A DNA stretch of 64,000 nucleotides from NCBI RefSeq assembly GCF_963676685.1, contig NC_092356.1, positions 63,426,001-63,490,000 on the forward strand, in the 5' to 3' direction. Of this stretch, positions 13,901 to 27,247 are shown piece after piece. Position numbers and translations under genes: made by a program. The notes under the pieces are model-generated. The model ran no database searches. It saw only the letters and a list, made by a program, of their open reading frames with translations, and was not told the DNA's origin. This stretch comes from Mytilus edulis. Lineage: Eukaryota. The number at the start of each line of letters is the position of its first letter. The first letter of the stretch is position 1.

Positions 13901-16900
13901 CAAGAAATATTATGATCCATAAAAGAGTTGTATTCCTTGAAGTCGCCCGTTCAACAAAATACCAAGTTACCAACTTATACATCTCTATGACTTACTCTTT
14001 ATTGACTATACTTATAATACTAGTACATACATTTGACAAATATCGCCAAAACATGTGCTCTGTTCCCTCCTATGTACACTGGAAATAGAAACATTCTGAC
14101 TGTTTACGTGATGTCTACGCACAGAATATAAAAAGAGTTAACTTTATTTTCTGAAAAATCAATTATACTACACAGCATGTAGTCAATTTTCTTAATCTAA
14201 ATAAGTCGCAAAAGATTGTTAAAATGATTATGCAAAAAAAAAACAAAACAGTCCAATCAGCAGCTTTCAACCACCAAAGTATGCTAATAAAGATATTTTG
14301 AATAAAATGTTTTAATTTAGTAAAAAAAGTCATCCTGGTAATTTTAAACATTTCTGTTTCCTTTATAAAAGTTATTTACTATTTTATTGATTCTTGTAAG
14401 ATCATTAAGCTATCATCCAAGAAAAAAAATGAAAAAGATGTTTCAGTTTTGAAGTCCTTTACTGTTTTGTTAACATTAATAATGGTATACGTACTTTCAT
14501 TGTATGACATATATGTACTTGTTGGACTATAAAGCAACACCAGTTTATCATGTGACTCGTACGAACAAACAAAAGTTCGTCCTTCGGAAACAAGCAACCA
14601 ACCAGCATCCATAAAACATCCTCCCCAATTATTGTTCACATAGAAACGTCTTGGGGAATAGTGAGACCTGTTTAAACAACAATACTGCATATGCTGTAGA
14701 CATCAGGTATCATGATCTAATTTTCTTTTAATCACTACCGTATATGCAAGTTGCAGTTAATATCCCATATTTCGTTATCTCTTTATCTAAATATTTTGTT
14801 CTGTATATCATTGATGTATGTCTATTATCGACATTCATTGAGAGAAACGTAAAAAAAAATAACGTATTCTAATGCAATTTGGATGTAACAATTTTGTTCA
14901 TTAGCTAAAAGTTGCCGTCAAATCCACAGTTGACCAGGCGTAAATAAGGAGGGACCCGCCATTTTGAATTGATTGAATCAACAAATGTTCGATTACTACT
15001 ATATAATCGAAAATAAAACATCACCTACCTCGAATTTGGCGTTTTGATGTACTTTTATCCAAATTTGAAGCGTACGGGTAACGTGATAACCTCCAGTTTG
15101 TAAGTTTTCATTTGTATGACGTAACGTTTAGCCATGACGTCTTTGTGCCAAAATAGTTCATGAAGTTTCGCGGATTTTTTTCTATTAGTCAAATTTTGAT
15201 GTTCTTTTTGAAGTTTTTTCTTTAGAATCGGAATAACAGTACTGTAGTTGAAGAGTTGACACCGTCAATTTTAATTTGACGATTGCAAATCTCCATTTTA
15301 CTGTCTCCGCTACGTGTCGCCAGTAAAACTGCATTTGCGACCGTCAAATCTACAATTGACAATGGCAACTCTTCAACTACGGTACTATTATTCCTTAATT
15401 CGCCTGTCATTGGATGGATTTCCATTGTTTTTATAGTTTTAAATCAATATCAAGTGTTTAGTGTACGCTTTTGAAAATATTACCCAGATTGCATTATATT
15501 CTGAAACGGTGAATTGACATTGTTCACACTTGTATGTAAAGGAAGTAATCGTTTTTGAATCTAAGTTCAATCGACGTTTAATACTTTTACTTGACTGTTT
15601 AATATGTTGATTGGCAATGGTTTCTTCTGTTACTGTCAACAAATTGCATTTTAAGAATATTGTTCATTCAACTGTCAAACTTCTACATACGTTGCATAAA
15701 CTTTTAAACATCACTTCAGTAAAAAGAAAAATGACAAAAATACAAAACTCCGGGCAAAATTCAAAACAGAAATTCCCTGGTGAATGGCAAAATAAAAAGC
15801 TCAAACACGTCAACCCAAAGGAAAACAGCTGCTGCCATAAGCCTGACTTAAAGAGGGACTTTATAACTACAATCACGGAGAGCTAATGTTTGCAACGTAC
15901 ATATATTTTGATATTCACATTTGGGTGAATAGGTATTCATATTCTATGATAGTTCTTATAAAGTGTTAAAATGAACAAAATTGAATGTAAGTAAAACCCA
16001 AATAACAACGTTCCCAAATGAATAATATTTTTAACATGTCTGTCCATCCGTTTGGTCGTCCAGCCGATAATCCTAGTCTTGTCATCACAACTCAACTCAA
16101 CCACATCACATAAATACACGGAACCATGTAAATAACAAGGACATACTATTAAGATGTGCAGATCGACATGACAATATTATTCAACGGGTTTTATAGGAGT
16201 GATATCAATTTCAACAAATAATTTTGGACTAAGTTTTCTTATGCATCAGCTTATCATCGCAATTTCTCTAAAACCGCACAAGAGAAATGTGTGAAACCTT
16301 ATAGATAATAATGACATGCTAGGGGTTCTCTAATTCAAAATTCAAAGTGTAATCCAAGTGTTATCGCTGTTTGAAATTCATTAATCTATTGAGAAAAAAC
16401 AAATCCGGGTTACAAACTAAAACTGAGGAAAACACATCAACTATAACAGGAGAACAACGACGCAACAGAAACACTAAAATGCAACACACTCATAAACGAA
16501 CTTTAAGATAACAATAGCCATTTTTCTAACTTGTTACAGGACATTTTAAGAAATAGTGGATTGAACATGGATTTGTGACTAGACAAACATCCCGCTTTAA
16601 TAACAATGTTAAAATGACATCATTACATGACATGACTACAATACAAAATCATTATAAGTCATTAAAAGTTTTTCTATGTGATATTTGTTTAGATTTCTAT
16701 GATGAATCTTTCCTTACCCTTCAATAGAAAAATAATAATTACTCCCATGATTGGCCGTCTTTAAATCTGAATAGGAACTATTCTGCAGCCTCTCTTGACT
16801 GAACCAGTTCGTCTTGTCTGTCCCAGTTCCGTTAAAATCGAGAAAAACTCTCTCCACACCATTTTGATAAACAACTACCTTTACCTACAAATGTGGCAAA

Positions 16901-19900
16901 GTAAATCATTTAATAAGCCTACATTGATATTTTATTACCTATGCATCTTATCTTCTGAAGACTTTTGAAAATCATTGCCTAAAAGACCCCATTGGTTGCC
17001 ATGTCTCTTGAATATTATGTTTGTGGTTATGTTTTATTAAAAAAATGTGTAGGTGATACAGTTAAAATTGTGAAATCAAGATTTTAAATATGTTTAAATT
17101 CCTAATATAAAGATGAAGTCGTCAGGATAAATATGTAACACAATGGTTTAGCTTCATTCGCTGTCGATCTATATATGTATTGATCGTATCAGATTACTAA
17201 CAACTAACAAGGTAATAATATTACCATATGTTTCATTTTTGTTAAAAACAACAGATTGCAACAGCAAATATATATCCATTAAGGTATATTTTGTAAATAT
17301 TCAACATTCATTATCATACACAATTAGCATGAATAATGCCGAAGATATTTGTTCAAGGAATTCTACTAAGGGTACTAAGTTGTGAAAGGATTAATTATAT
17401 TACAAGACATATGTGTTAGAACTACTTCAAACGGCTTCATTATTAGGCGAAATTGATATAAGCAACATTAGTATACTGCTGTTCCAATGTCATAAATCGT
17501 TACGACATACTGATTACAAACTGAAACCGCGAGAAACACATCGGAAGAAAAATCAACGGAACAACAGAACGCTTAAGTGCGACAAAAACAAAGTCATCAT
17601 ACATAGAAACGGACTTTTTGATAAATCAGCTTCCATGTTCCTGTTTTATTAAAACAAATGGTTGGTTGACCCTGGTTTTATGACTAGCCATACCTCATAT
17701 TGTTGTTATGTAATAAACCTGACTAATATATATTGACATGTTAACGATAAGAGACATGAACAGACAAAACGTTTCAAATCAAAAGTGCCAAAAAATAAAA
17801 TAAAACACGAAAAATGATCCCGACATACAGAAAACAACGATATACTTTTGCTAAGGTCTTCGTCAGTAAATCTGTTATATTCAAACAAATATAACAAATA
17901 TTAAAGTTAGAGCATTTCTGGTAAATGTTATTTATCAAAAAGGCTGAGTGTTATTTTCTATTTAGAACTAAATGAAAAATTGCTTTGTATGTTAAATGTC
18001 TTTAACTTGCATGCAACAAATTCAAAATTTAGAACGGATAAACATTTTGTGTTTTTAAAGAGTGACCGATTGAATTAAGCATCGTCAATGCATTTGTATC
18101 TCTGCTACATCATACACGACAATACAAAATTCGAATTAAGAATATGTACGACAATTTCAACGGGTTGCGTATTTATCTATTTATCCAGTTTCTCGAAATT
18201 AAATGTTGTTTTTTTTACGATGTCGATATATATATTATGTATACTTCAACTGTGAAAAAGGCTGAAATGTACTTAATATTTAAATCAAATATGACAAATA
18301 ACATTTTATCGATTAAGACATCAAATTTATCTAATATATATATTGTACACTTTTAAGGCGTTTATTTTATTAAAAATTAAATACACAAAAAAGAGTTTTA
18401 AAAGCAGCATTGTCTAGCGCTTTCATCCATCTTGGGACTTTTCAAGACCATGAACGTCGTAATACTAATGTGTTCCCTATAACGACATTCATAGTCTTGA
18501 AAAGTCCCAAGATGGATGAAAGCGCTAGACAATGGTGCTTTTTAAACTCTTTTTGTGTATTTAATTTTTAATATATAATTCTGTACACCGCTTGAAAAGA
18601 AACTTTTTTCTGTATATATATATAACTCGTCTAAACATCAACCCAACAATGTTAGATCTGTAAATTTGCTTCCGCAAATTTTTTTTTGTTCTTCCCTCGC
18701 CAGGATTCGAACCCATACTACTGAGATATCGTGACACCAAATCGCCTGCACTGTAGCCGTCCCGCTAGACCACACAACTACCTGGGCTTCACATATAATA
18801 AAGCTTTTGGTGGCCGTGTGTTACCTTTCCTCGTCAATTATAATCTAGCGTCGTATTACATGTATGACATATAAGGCATGGAGATGTTATATATATACAT
18901 ATTATAAAACGTCTAGATATTAGTCAACGATCTGTCTTACGAGAGAACTATACCGTTACGCAATAGATAAGTTATATACACGCATAAAATGTGTACAAAT
19001 AAACTTATCATAGATATCAAGATTAAATTTTGCATTTACACGAGATGTTCGTTTCGTCTACAGAAGATTCATCAGTGACGCACGAATAAAAAATAGGTCT
19101 AAATTGCCAATTAATGAACGAAGATGAAGAGCATTTAGGACTAAAGTTCCAAACCGTTTTGCCAAATACAGTTGAGGTAATCTATTCCTGAGATAGAAAA
19201 GCCTTAGTATTTCAAAACTTCAAAAGTTTAGTAAACAGTTAATTTATAAAAATAACCATATTAATGATAATTCATATCAGTACAGAAGTGCAAACTACTT
19301 GGACAGTGATACCCACTGGAAATTACAACTCCACCAGCAGTGGCGAAAACACCAATATTTAAAAAGGAAACATCAAAAGAATTTATCTATAAACATTTCG
19401 GATAACGGATATCCTTCATCAGTATGATTATGATGTAAAATAAATCATAGCAATAGATTCTTATTTAATTATAACAATCTTGAAATTCAAACAATTAAAA
19501 CCAAACACAAAAACGCTTGTAAAAACTCAAATTTAAAAATAATGCTTTACAATAAATAGGTATTTACAACAAATACTGCATAAATTTGGTATTGGAATTG
19601 AGCCTTTCAATATTTATCAATTTGTTTAAATGATATTGCCATAGAAATGTTTAAGTAAAATTTATTACACTATTGTCACGATAGATGTTCTTTGATCTTT
19701 ACAATTCTTACCTGATCAATGTCAATAACCGACCAATAATTTATGACATCTGACTTGAAATGCTTGCCGTGTGGGTGAGTGAGATTTTGAGCCTCGTTGT
19801 CATTAATATTGTAGGTTACCTCGCTGTCCATATATAAATCATATATATTGGTATTTGTATCTTCATAAAACAGAAATAACACTTCATAATTCTAGAATTC

Positions 19901-22900
19901 AAAAAGGTAGATAGTAAGAAAAGAAATAATTAATAAATATAGGTATACTAGTCTAATCACAAACGGGAATACGATTTACATCATTGAATTAATAATAGGA
20001 CCTACTTTGTTAAAATCATATGTTTTTCTTGCATGTGATTAAAGTATTATAAAATAAGTAAAGTATTGAAATTTTCAAATCCATTACCAAATTCTATTTA
20101 AACAGTAAAACAATCAGTTTAAAACAAAGAGAAAAGGAAGTTAAATGGATCGTCACTAAGGCCAAATAACCAAATTAACTTTTCCGTAGTTCTCATTATG
20201 GATTTTATCTCCTAAGACCAAAAATATATAAGGCGTCAAACTCTTAGTTTGGTGAGTATGCAATTTGAATGATTACATAATACAAGTGTCAAGCAGACGC
20301 AAATAGGTATCTTATTGATTTATATATGTGTGTCTATCTATAAGAAAAACTACAGAATATATTGCAGTACTAACCTTCGGTATCAATTTTGAACACAAGT
20401 TCCCAATCCTTCGCAGCTGTTATTATTAGACTGTCAGTCAACAGCCAGAGAAGTCCTTTGAATTCATACAAGATATTGTAAAATGTATAAATATGTGCTA
20501 CCAATAATCATTAAAGTCTGTCTTCCCCTCAGATATACAGTCAATGTTATAGCATTATAAAGATTTGTCGAAATTTATTACCATGGACACGGTGTCGTCT
20601 GATACGGCAGGTGTCCCCTAATCACCAGACATGACAAATATCACAAACATGACAAATTCAGATCATCGTCCTAGTGACAACAGCAATATTACACATATAC
20701 AGTCATGTTCAGTTCTCCTTAAAGACATTTTGGTTTTTGATGACACAGTACAACACTGTCGCATTTCGAAATGTGAGACCAAAGGCTGCAAAACTTGTGC
20801 AATTTTAATTACAGATGCTGAATTCACTAGCAATTTGACCAAGAAGTCATATTTTACCAGAAGTTACGATGATCTGAACTGTAAATCGATAAATGTCGTC
20901 TACGGATTAGAGTGCAACCTTTGCGGATTGGTATACGTCTGTGAAACGAAAGGAAGGCTAAACAAACGTATGTGCGGTCATAGATCAGACATTAACCTCA
21001 ATGCTAACGACATTCTATACCAGCATTTCAATCAACCCGATCATTCCATCGTTTCCTTGTCAGTTCGCATTATCGAAAAGACATACCATAGCTCTAACAA
21101 TCCTAATCTTTCAACAACTCTCCGTAGACAAAAAGAGGACTACTGGATTAGACAATTGGGAACTGCGACACCTTATGGTTGCAATGACAAAATTGATGGT
21201 ATAGGTATTCTATCTAGTCCTTCGTGTAACTCGGTGAATGTGATGAATATTTTCAACTCGACTCCTCGACGTAGACGCGGTCATGGTCATCGTCATTATA
21301 CATCACCTTCTCTGCATGATGTATCTATTAATGACTTGCTGCCATTTATACAAAAGCCGTTAGGTATTCATCACATTCTCACGAAACTTTATTCATTACC
21401 CCTTTCAAAACTTCATTCTCTGTTCAATTTATGTTTGGAATCCACCGGTACAAACCCTCATTCAAACCAATACAAAATTACAGCTATAATTTCGGATATT
21501 GCAAGTCACAGACTTTTCAAGCCAGTCCGCATTGGCAAAGAAGAAAAAGAGAAAAGATCTTTCCTTAATCTTTCCTTTGCCAACAAAGGTATCGATGGCG
21601 TCAACTTAGGCAATATCCTTCATCATAAATTAGTTCAATCGAAAAGACCTCCTTATTTCAAAGACCAGTCTGTACCAATCATTTCTTATACCTATACCAA
21701 ACCTATTGCAACTAAAATTTTCAATTACAAACACGTTTTGCAGGATCTCGATATTGACGACTTCAAGTCTAAACCGGTGACCTCAACATTGTTAATAACA
21801 CTTCTCTACGAAATGTGTTATCGAAAGGTCCGAAATATCGTGAGCCTAAATCCATCAATTGGAAATACAACTTTAAAATTTTGATGGATTCAGTTGAGGA
21901 TTATGCCCGGCAATGGGCTAAGCGCGAGAAGGAAGACGTAGACACTCTTTCCGAATGAATTAAGGCAGTGAGGTCGTTGATACAAATCAGAATTAAGAAA
22001 CTGAATGGGTCTATCAATGCCCATGCTACGTCAATCTTTAAAGACTTAAATGTTGCAAAACACCTATCCTACCTCCATGACAAATATGTTGTTGTCCCCG
22101 CAGATAAAGCCCCAAATAACATCGTTTTTGTATGTAAAACTCATTACATTAACTGCTTGATAAACGAATTAGGTATTGACAATTCACTTGGAAACTCAAC
22201 ATATACCCTCACGCAGTTACCAAAGAGGAAATCCTAGATAATCATAGGTCTGTTCTGTGTTCCTTTGGACTTTCAACCAAAGATGAAGAACTGGATCTGC
22301 CATCACTGTATTGGATACTTAAACTACATAAGTTACAACTAACTTACAAACAACGGTATATTGCTGGGTCTTCCAAGTGCTCCACGAAACCTCTTTCTAA
22401 ATTATTAACATCTATTTTATCAGCAATCAAAGACGGGCTTCAAAGTTATTGTGAAACTGCCTATTCTAGAGGGGGCGTGAATCAGATGTGGATACTTAAA
22501 AATTCCAAAGATCTTTTAGAATACATACAATCTATCTCTCTTTCATCTTGTAACAGCATTAAAACATTTGACTTTTCTTCTCTGTACACTAGTATTCCAC
22601 ATTCCAAACTAAAAGACAAATTGAAAGAGTTGGTATTGCTCTGCTTCGTAAAAAAGAATGGCCAACGTAGATACAAGTATCATGTCTTAGGGAGAGATAA
22701 ATCCTACTTTGTAAAGGATCACTCTGATTTGAAAAAAAAATTCTCCGAAACTGATATTATCAAGATGTTTCATTTCTTGATTGACAACATATTTGTTACG
22801 TTCGGAGGACGTGTTTTTCAACAGACTGTCGGCATTCCAATGGGAACAAACTGTGCCCCTCTACTTGCCGACTTGTTTCTTTATTATTATGAGGCTGACT

Positions 22901-24022
22901 TCATGCAGGAACTTCTTAGGAAGAAAGATAAGAAGTTAGCAATATCCTTTAACTCTACTTTTCGCTATATAGATGATGTTCTTTCAATAAATAATTCAAA
23001 ATTTGGTGACTATGTGGAACGCATCTATCCAATCGAGCTAGAGATAAAGGATACTACAGATACAGTTAAATCGGCCTCATATCTTGACTTACATCTAGAA
23101 ATTGTCAATGAGGGTCGGTTGAAAACAAAACTTTACGACAAAAGAGATGACTTCAGCTTTCCAATTGTGAACTTTCCATTTCTAAGTAGCAACATTCCAG
23201 CAGCACCTGCATACGGGGTATATATCTCCCAATTGATACGATATTCCCGTGCTTGCATTTCCTATCATGATTTTCTTGATAGAGGGTTGCTGCTCACAAG
23301 GAAGCTATTAAACCAAGAGTTCCAAATGGTGAAGTTGAAATCATCCCTTCGTAAATTTTACGGACGCCATCACGAGTTGGTTGACCGTTATGGAATAACC
23401 GTTTCACAAATGATATCGGATATGTTCCTTACGTCGTAACTACAATCCCCTTCCCTTTCATGAATGTGACCTATCGAATTAGACTATTTACCGGATTTGT
23501 TATCACATGAGCAACACGACGGGTGCCGCATGTAGAGCAGCTTACCCTTCCGGAGCACCTGAGATCACCCCTAGTTTTTTGGTGGGGTTCGTGTTGTTTA
23601 TTCTTTAGTTTTCTATGTTGTGTCGTGTGTGCTGTTGTTTGTTTGTCTTTTTCATTTTTAGCCATGGCGTTGTCAGTTTGTTTTAGATTTATGAGTTTGA
23701 CTGTCCCTTTGGTATCTTTCGTCTCTCTTTTATTATAGTTTCAATGCTCTCAAACTTTGTGTTTGGTATAGCATTTCCATCGTTAGAATCAAACTTCTCT
23801 GGTGTAGTAGAATAGAGAGTATATTCTCTTACGATAAAAGTCTGGTATTTTTTTTAAAAGAAACTGTATACCATTTATTAATCGTTCTATAGCACAATAT
23901 CATTGATAATGTTTTTCATTTAATATTTACAAAACCATGAAAAAAATGAACTTTTTTTAGGTTTTAAATGCAATTTTGCTCAGTTTCATAGAAAACAAAT
24001 ATGACTTACCAATAAATAGCAT
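10790..24022 (-). CDS. Gene A: intact 8-exon gene, 326-aa predicted type-I membrane protein (signal peptide, unnamed ~190-aa ectodomain, Cys-rich linker, coiled coil, TM, Cys-rich tail)
   Basis: Exons 24022-24010, 20455-20375, 19860-19712, 16884-16718, 14667-14495, 14078-14031, 12905-12726, 10959-10790. All introns GT-AG, phases 1,1,0,2,1,1,1, total 981 nt with no internal stop. Protein: MLFIGLLWLLTDSLIITAAKDWELVFKIDTEDTNTNIYDLYMDSEVTYNINDNEAQNLTHPHGKHFKSDVINYWSVIDIDQVKVVVYQNGVERVFLDFNGTGTDKTNWFSQERLQNSSYSDLKTANHGSNYYFSIEGSHYSPRRFYVNNNWGGCFMDAGWLLVSEGRTFVCSYESHDKLVLLYSPTSTYMSYNEMYIGGNRAHVLAIFVKFKSWTCQPLTQQTDMCSTPVQLGYNIYCYKLCNTTKPETNLQEKIQKLEKELVVSKKETNKHKRSLISVPDNRYSARTMGLFGTACIVIVVGVLVAFDCVNICQKCSKTNKVRTEK*. 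Confidence 0.85.
11418..11951. mobile_element. Kolobok-like MITE (TTAA TSD) with a nested Penelope 3' fragment
   Basis: TTAA|ggatgtactta ... taagtacatcc|TTAA. Confidence 0.72.
12726..12905 (-). CDS. Gene A exon 7 (Cys-rich linker and coiled coil)
   Basis: 180 nt, CAG/GTAAG. Four Cys, then LQEKIQKLEKELVV. Confidence 0.9.
13318..13468. repeat. Imperfect inverted repeat, probably a transposon end
   Basis: aattaaagaattcaaata..ttcaactcgtgaccgaacaacac / gtgttgttcggtcactcgttgaa..tatttgaattcttcgattaatt. Confidence 0.7.
14031..14078 (-). CDS. Gene A exon 6 (MYIGGNRAHVLAIFVK)
   Basis: 48 nt, CAG/GTATGT. Same length in B and C. Confidence 0.85.
14495..14667 (-). CDS. Gene A exon 5 (RRFYVNNNWGGCFMDAGW...)
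   Basis: 173 nt, CAG/GTACGT. Lies inside track ORF 14379-14690. Confidence 0.9.
15229..15396. mobile_element. Palindromic MITE-like hairpin; second partial copy at 44851-45012
   Basis: ggaataacagtactgtagttgaagagttg ... caactcttcaactacggtactattattcc. Confidence 0.75.
16718..16884 (-). CDS. Gene A exon 4 (VKVVVYQNG...YFSIEG)
   Basis: 167 nt, TAG/GTAAG. Same length in B. Confidence 0.9.
18368..18573. repeat. Near-perfect ~95-bp-arm palindrome
   Basis: cattgtctagcgctttcatccatcttgggacttttcaagac and its exact reverse complement, with a short loop. Confidence 0.92.
18620..18790 (-). mobile_element. tRNA-derived SINE-like element
   Basis: Minus-strand A-box-like TGGTCTAGCGG and B box GGTTCGAATCC in the head at ~18693-18788. 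A fragment of the adjacent sequence recurs at ~55632-55700. Confidence 0.65.
19003..19345 (-). mobile_element. Retrozyme copy with a degenerate hammerhead ribozyme (gene A intron 3)
   Basis: Minus strand gcgtca-CTGATGA-atc-ttctgta-gac-GAAA-cgaacatc at ~19040-19081. The remainder is homologous to 46740-47016. Confidence 0.7.
19712..19860 (-). CDS. Gene A exon 3 (...HFKSDVINYWSVIDIDQ)
   Basis: 149 nt, AG/GTAAG. Same length in B and C. Confidence 0.9.
20375..20455 (-). CDS. Gene A exon 2 (signal peptide core and DWELVFKIDTE)
   Basis: AAG|GA...GAA G|GTTAGT, 81 nt, same length as gene B exon 2. The acceptor has a weak pyrimidine tract. Confidence 0.8.
20581..23728 (+). mobile_element. Penelope-like retroelement with N-terminal GIY-YIG endonuclease and RT (Naiad-type), decayed, antisense in intron 1 of gene A
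   Basis: CKTC, NVVYGLECNLCGLVYVCET...H and EDYWIRQL..P.G.N (GIY-YIG); PADKA, FDF, GIPMGTNCAP, RYIDD, YLDL, YDKRDDF (RT). Frameshifts at ~21775, ~22220 and ~22340, and TGA at 21956. Candidate TSD TTTATTA at 20574-20580 and 23729-23735. Gene B intron 1 shows the empty site. Confidence 0.93.
24010..24022 (-). CDS. Gene A coding exon 1 (MLFI+G)
   Basis: ATG CTA TTT ATT G|GTAAGT. Same 13-nt phase-1 layout as the paralogous first exons. An alternative in-frame ATG lies at 24031. Confidence 0.7.
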
Positions 24023-27000
24023 ATTCAACATAATGATAAGGCTTCACTCTAGCGAACCACTGCAAATTATATGAGTAATTGTAACCATCTATTGAATTAT
24101 ATATATTGATTGAATAATATACATGGAGCAAAAAGCGTACGATATGATATAATTACCATTATTTTTTTTCTTTTTCCCTATTGTCATTTATAACAGACAC
24201 TTAATGTAAAAAGCAATTGAACCAAATACATCTCCAATGGAGTTTTTAAACTTGTGCTGTTGTCCTCATAAACACATAATTTAAATAGCCTTTTCCAATA
24301 TATATAAATGATAAATAATAAACTCATCATGGATACCAGGACTAAATTTAGTATACGCCAGACGCAATGGATATTTTGTGAAGCCAAGAAAATACTATTT
24401 ATTAAAATAACATATTTTGTATTGAGGGAATTAATGCTAAGTATTCGGCTGTGAAAATATGGATGCAAAGAGATGTCAGATAGACATCCATATCAAACAA
24501 AAAGACAAGACAAAAAGAAAATAACACATCTAAATCAATACCTTATGTAAAGCTCTACATTGCCTCGAGTCTAGAAGACTGCAAAACACATTTAATAAGT
24601 TGTATCTATAGTTTCTATTGTCTGGTTCTTAAACCAACCATAGTAACATAAAAATATTATGTAGTTGCATAATATTTCATGCAAAGTATATTAAATGTAT
24701 GTTTCACTTGCAACTTCCAAACATACAATCCATCACAAGCTTTCAATTCATTACACAACACTATTGTTTAATCTATATAATTGTCGCTCTAATAACAACA
24801 ATAAGAAAGGCAAACACACAACGATCGGCTTTAAAGGTGTAGAGGAGTCCATGTCAAATATTGACAAAAAGCCTATACGCTGTACGACTTAATCAATCAA
24901 TTCCAAGGGTTATTTTGAATTATTCAACATTTCATGAACAGAAAAGTTACACAAAATGAACATATTAGTAGTAAGTAAGATCGTTATATGTTTGTCGTTG
25001 ATATATTGAACTATGTCTATTTGATATGTTAGCTTCTTGCAAAATATATTTTTAGATTGTCTTCAGATATACTAATGCTTTGCGGTCTGGTATTTTTGTT
25101 ATTTTACTGTTTGCAACTTTGATTCAAATTCCTGCACTATGTTCATTTTTGAGAGGAAAGAGAAGTATTTATAAATGAAACTGACTAAGATTACATCAAT
25201 GCGGAAGCACGTTTGATTGTCAGTTTATTATCGATTTATGAGGTTGAATGCTCCTATGGTATCTTTAGGTCCTCTTTTAAAACAATCATACAGTTTATAA
25301 TTGAAGAACTGTGAACCAATCAAGTACTTCAATTGTCAAATCTTCAAATTGTTGTTCCTTAACGTGTTTGAAATGCATAAATGGTTTGATTATTTTCAAC
25401 AAAGCAGTCAAAAGGGCGCATTTGAAAAGTGCAAAAATATGAAAATGCATAAAAGGCACTTTAACTAGTTATTGATACTTTTAAGAATTGTGACACAATC
25501 GTGTTCTTCGGTCCACTCTATTAATTATACAGCTTGTTGCCTATATAAGTTTTCTATGTATCGATAAACATAAAAATCATAAATGACACTTTCTGAAAAT
25601 TCAATACAGATATTATTTTCATCAACTTATATTTAAAGTATACTATATAGTATATTTAAAGACTCTTAAACTTTGAACCTCTCTATTTTTATAACACAGA
25701 ACCACCATCGTCTTTAAAACCGTTAGTGTTTGTATGGGCCGACAACGCAACCCAGAATTGGGGCTAATATGCAGTAAATACAACACGGACGATCCCAAGA
25801 ATGAAATGTTAATTCATCTACATTTATATCCCCACGCTCCATGGGGAGTCACCCTTGCCTCTAGCAATTGTTCTACAATTAATCAGTCGGGCACTTCTAA
25901 CTAGTTTATAACTAGCTTCAAACTTTTCAAGAACTTATCATTACTTTTTGTAATTAAATGCATGACAATAACGATATGAATCTATTTTTGGAGTGTAAAC
26001 AATTTTGTGGATTTCTTCAATACATTACATGCTTTTGATGGTCCTTTTGACCCTATTGTCATTTTGACTTGTCAACTCGTTACGCAACATTTCATGTTTA
26101 TATATCTGTTTAATTTATGGTGATTACGATAATAACACAACGGTACCCCTATTTTTGAAATTTTACCTATTATTTCGGTATGTTTTGTTCACACATCGTT
26201 GTCAATATAATGGAATTTTTTATACGACTCGCATACAAATAAGAGGTTTAGTTAGCTTTTTGGCAAACGAAAATGCATGAACCTAGTCAGAAATATTTAA
26301 TATGACAGTTGTTGTCTATTCGTTTGATGTGTTTGAGCTTTTGATTTTATAATTTGATGAGAGACTTTCCATTTTGAATTTTTCACACATTTTTGTCAAT
26401 TTACTTTTGTTCCACACAATCTTATCAAAGAAATATTTTCCTGTTTTATAAAATGGTCGTGTGGTATATCTTTGGTGCAACTCATTTCAAACGTAATTCT
26501 CTTACATTTGTATAAGGAGACCTATAAATATACGAGATATACCTGATGAGATGATAGAACTGTTATGTTTTCTCCTGGAGAAATTTTATGTGCGTTTCAG
26601 CAAGAAGATTTATCAAGTTTTAAGGTTTTTCGATAGACACCAGTTTCAGTCTTTTGATATCCAACTTGTTTTTGTTCTGTTATGAATCACACTGTATGAC
26701 CAAACTTAGTAAAGTAACGTAGATGCATTTAATTCAAAAACGTTATATTGATAGTTTTGTGTTAAATAAAAAATCAATGGAAAAAGGCTATACTCATCAG
26801 ATGGATCAAAATAGAAACACATATAAAATAAACACGTGGACATGACCCGGTACTTGTAAATCCCAACAAGAAACAGAAAAACAAGTAGAGATCTGAGACG
26901 ATCGCAGCTACGGACCGCAAGTGCAAAGTTAATAACAACTTATATAAAACAAATAATGCTTTTAAGACTAAAAGTCAGTTTTGAATTTCAGCAACTCTCA

Positions 27001-27247
27001 GAAAAAGATGTCATGAGGGAATTTTCATTTTGAAATTTCATTTGGGTTCAATATTTTTTGTCTTTTTTTAAATTATTATAATGGAAAAGTAACATACAAA
27101 TTGCCCGCGTATTGTACTCGATAATATATTTAAGATGCATGTAGAAATATGGTCATCTTAGCAACACCAAATGAATAAACAACTTTTAACGTCGTGCAGT
27201 TTCATTTGTTTTGTTCTAGTTGATTCCTTTTTTTTTGTACTGCAATT

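Noticed and set aside
18693-18788. tRNA gene
   Set aside because: A and B boxes are present, but there is no convincing cloverleaf or acceptor stem; it fits a SINE head.
21956-21958. In-frame TGA in a Naiad-type element as a selenocysteine codon, with a SECIS-like AUGA...GA stem at ~23460-23511
   Set aside because: The context SE*IKAVR suggests a Trp codon mutated to TGA rather than a Cys position. The copy also has frameshifts, and the AUGA/GA core is not kept in the near-identical copy at ~8772-8823.
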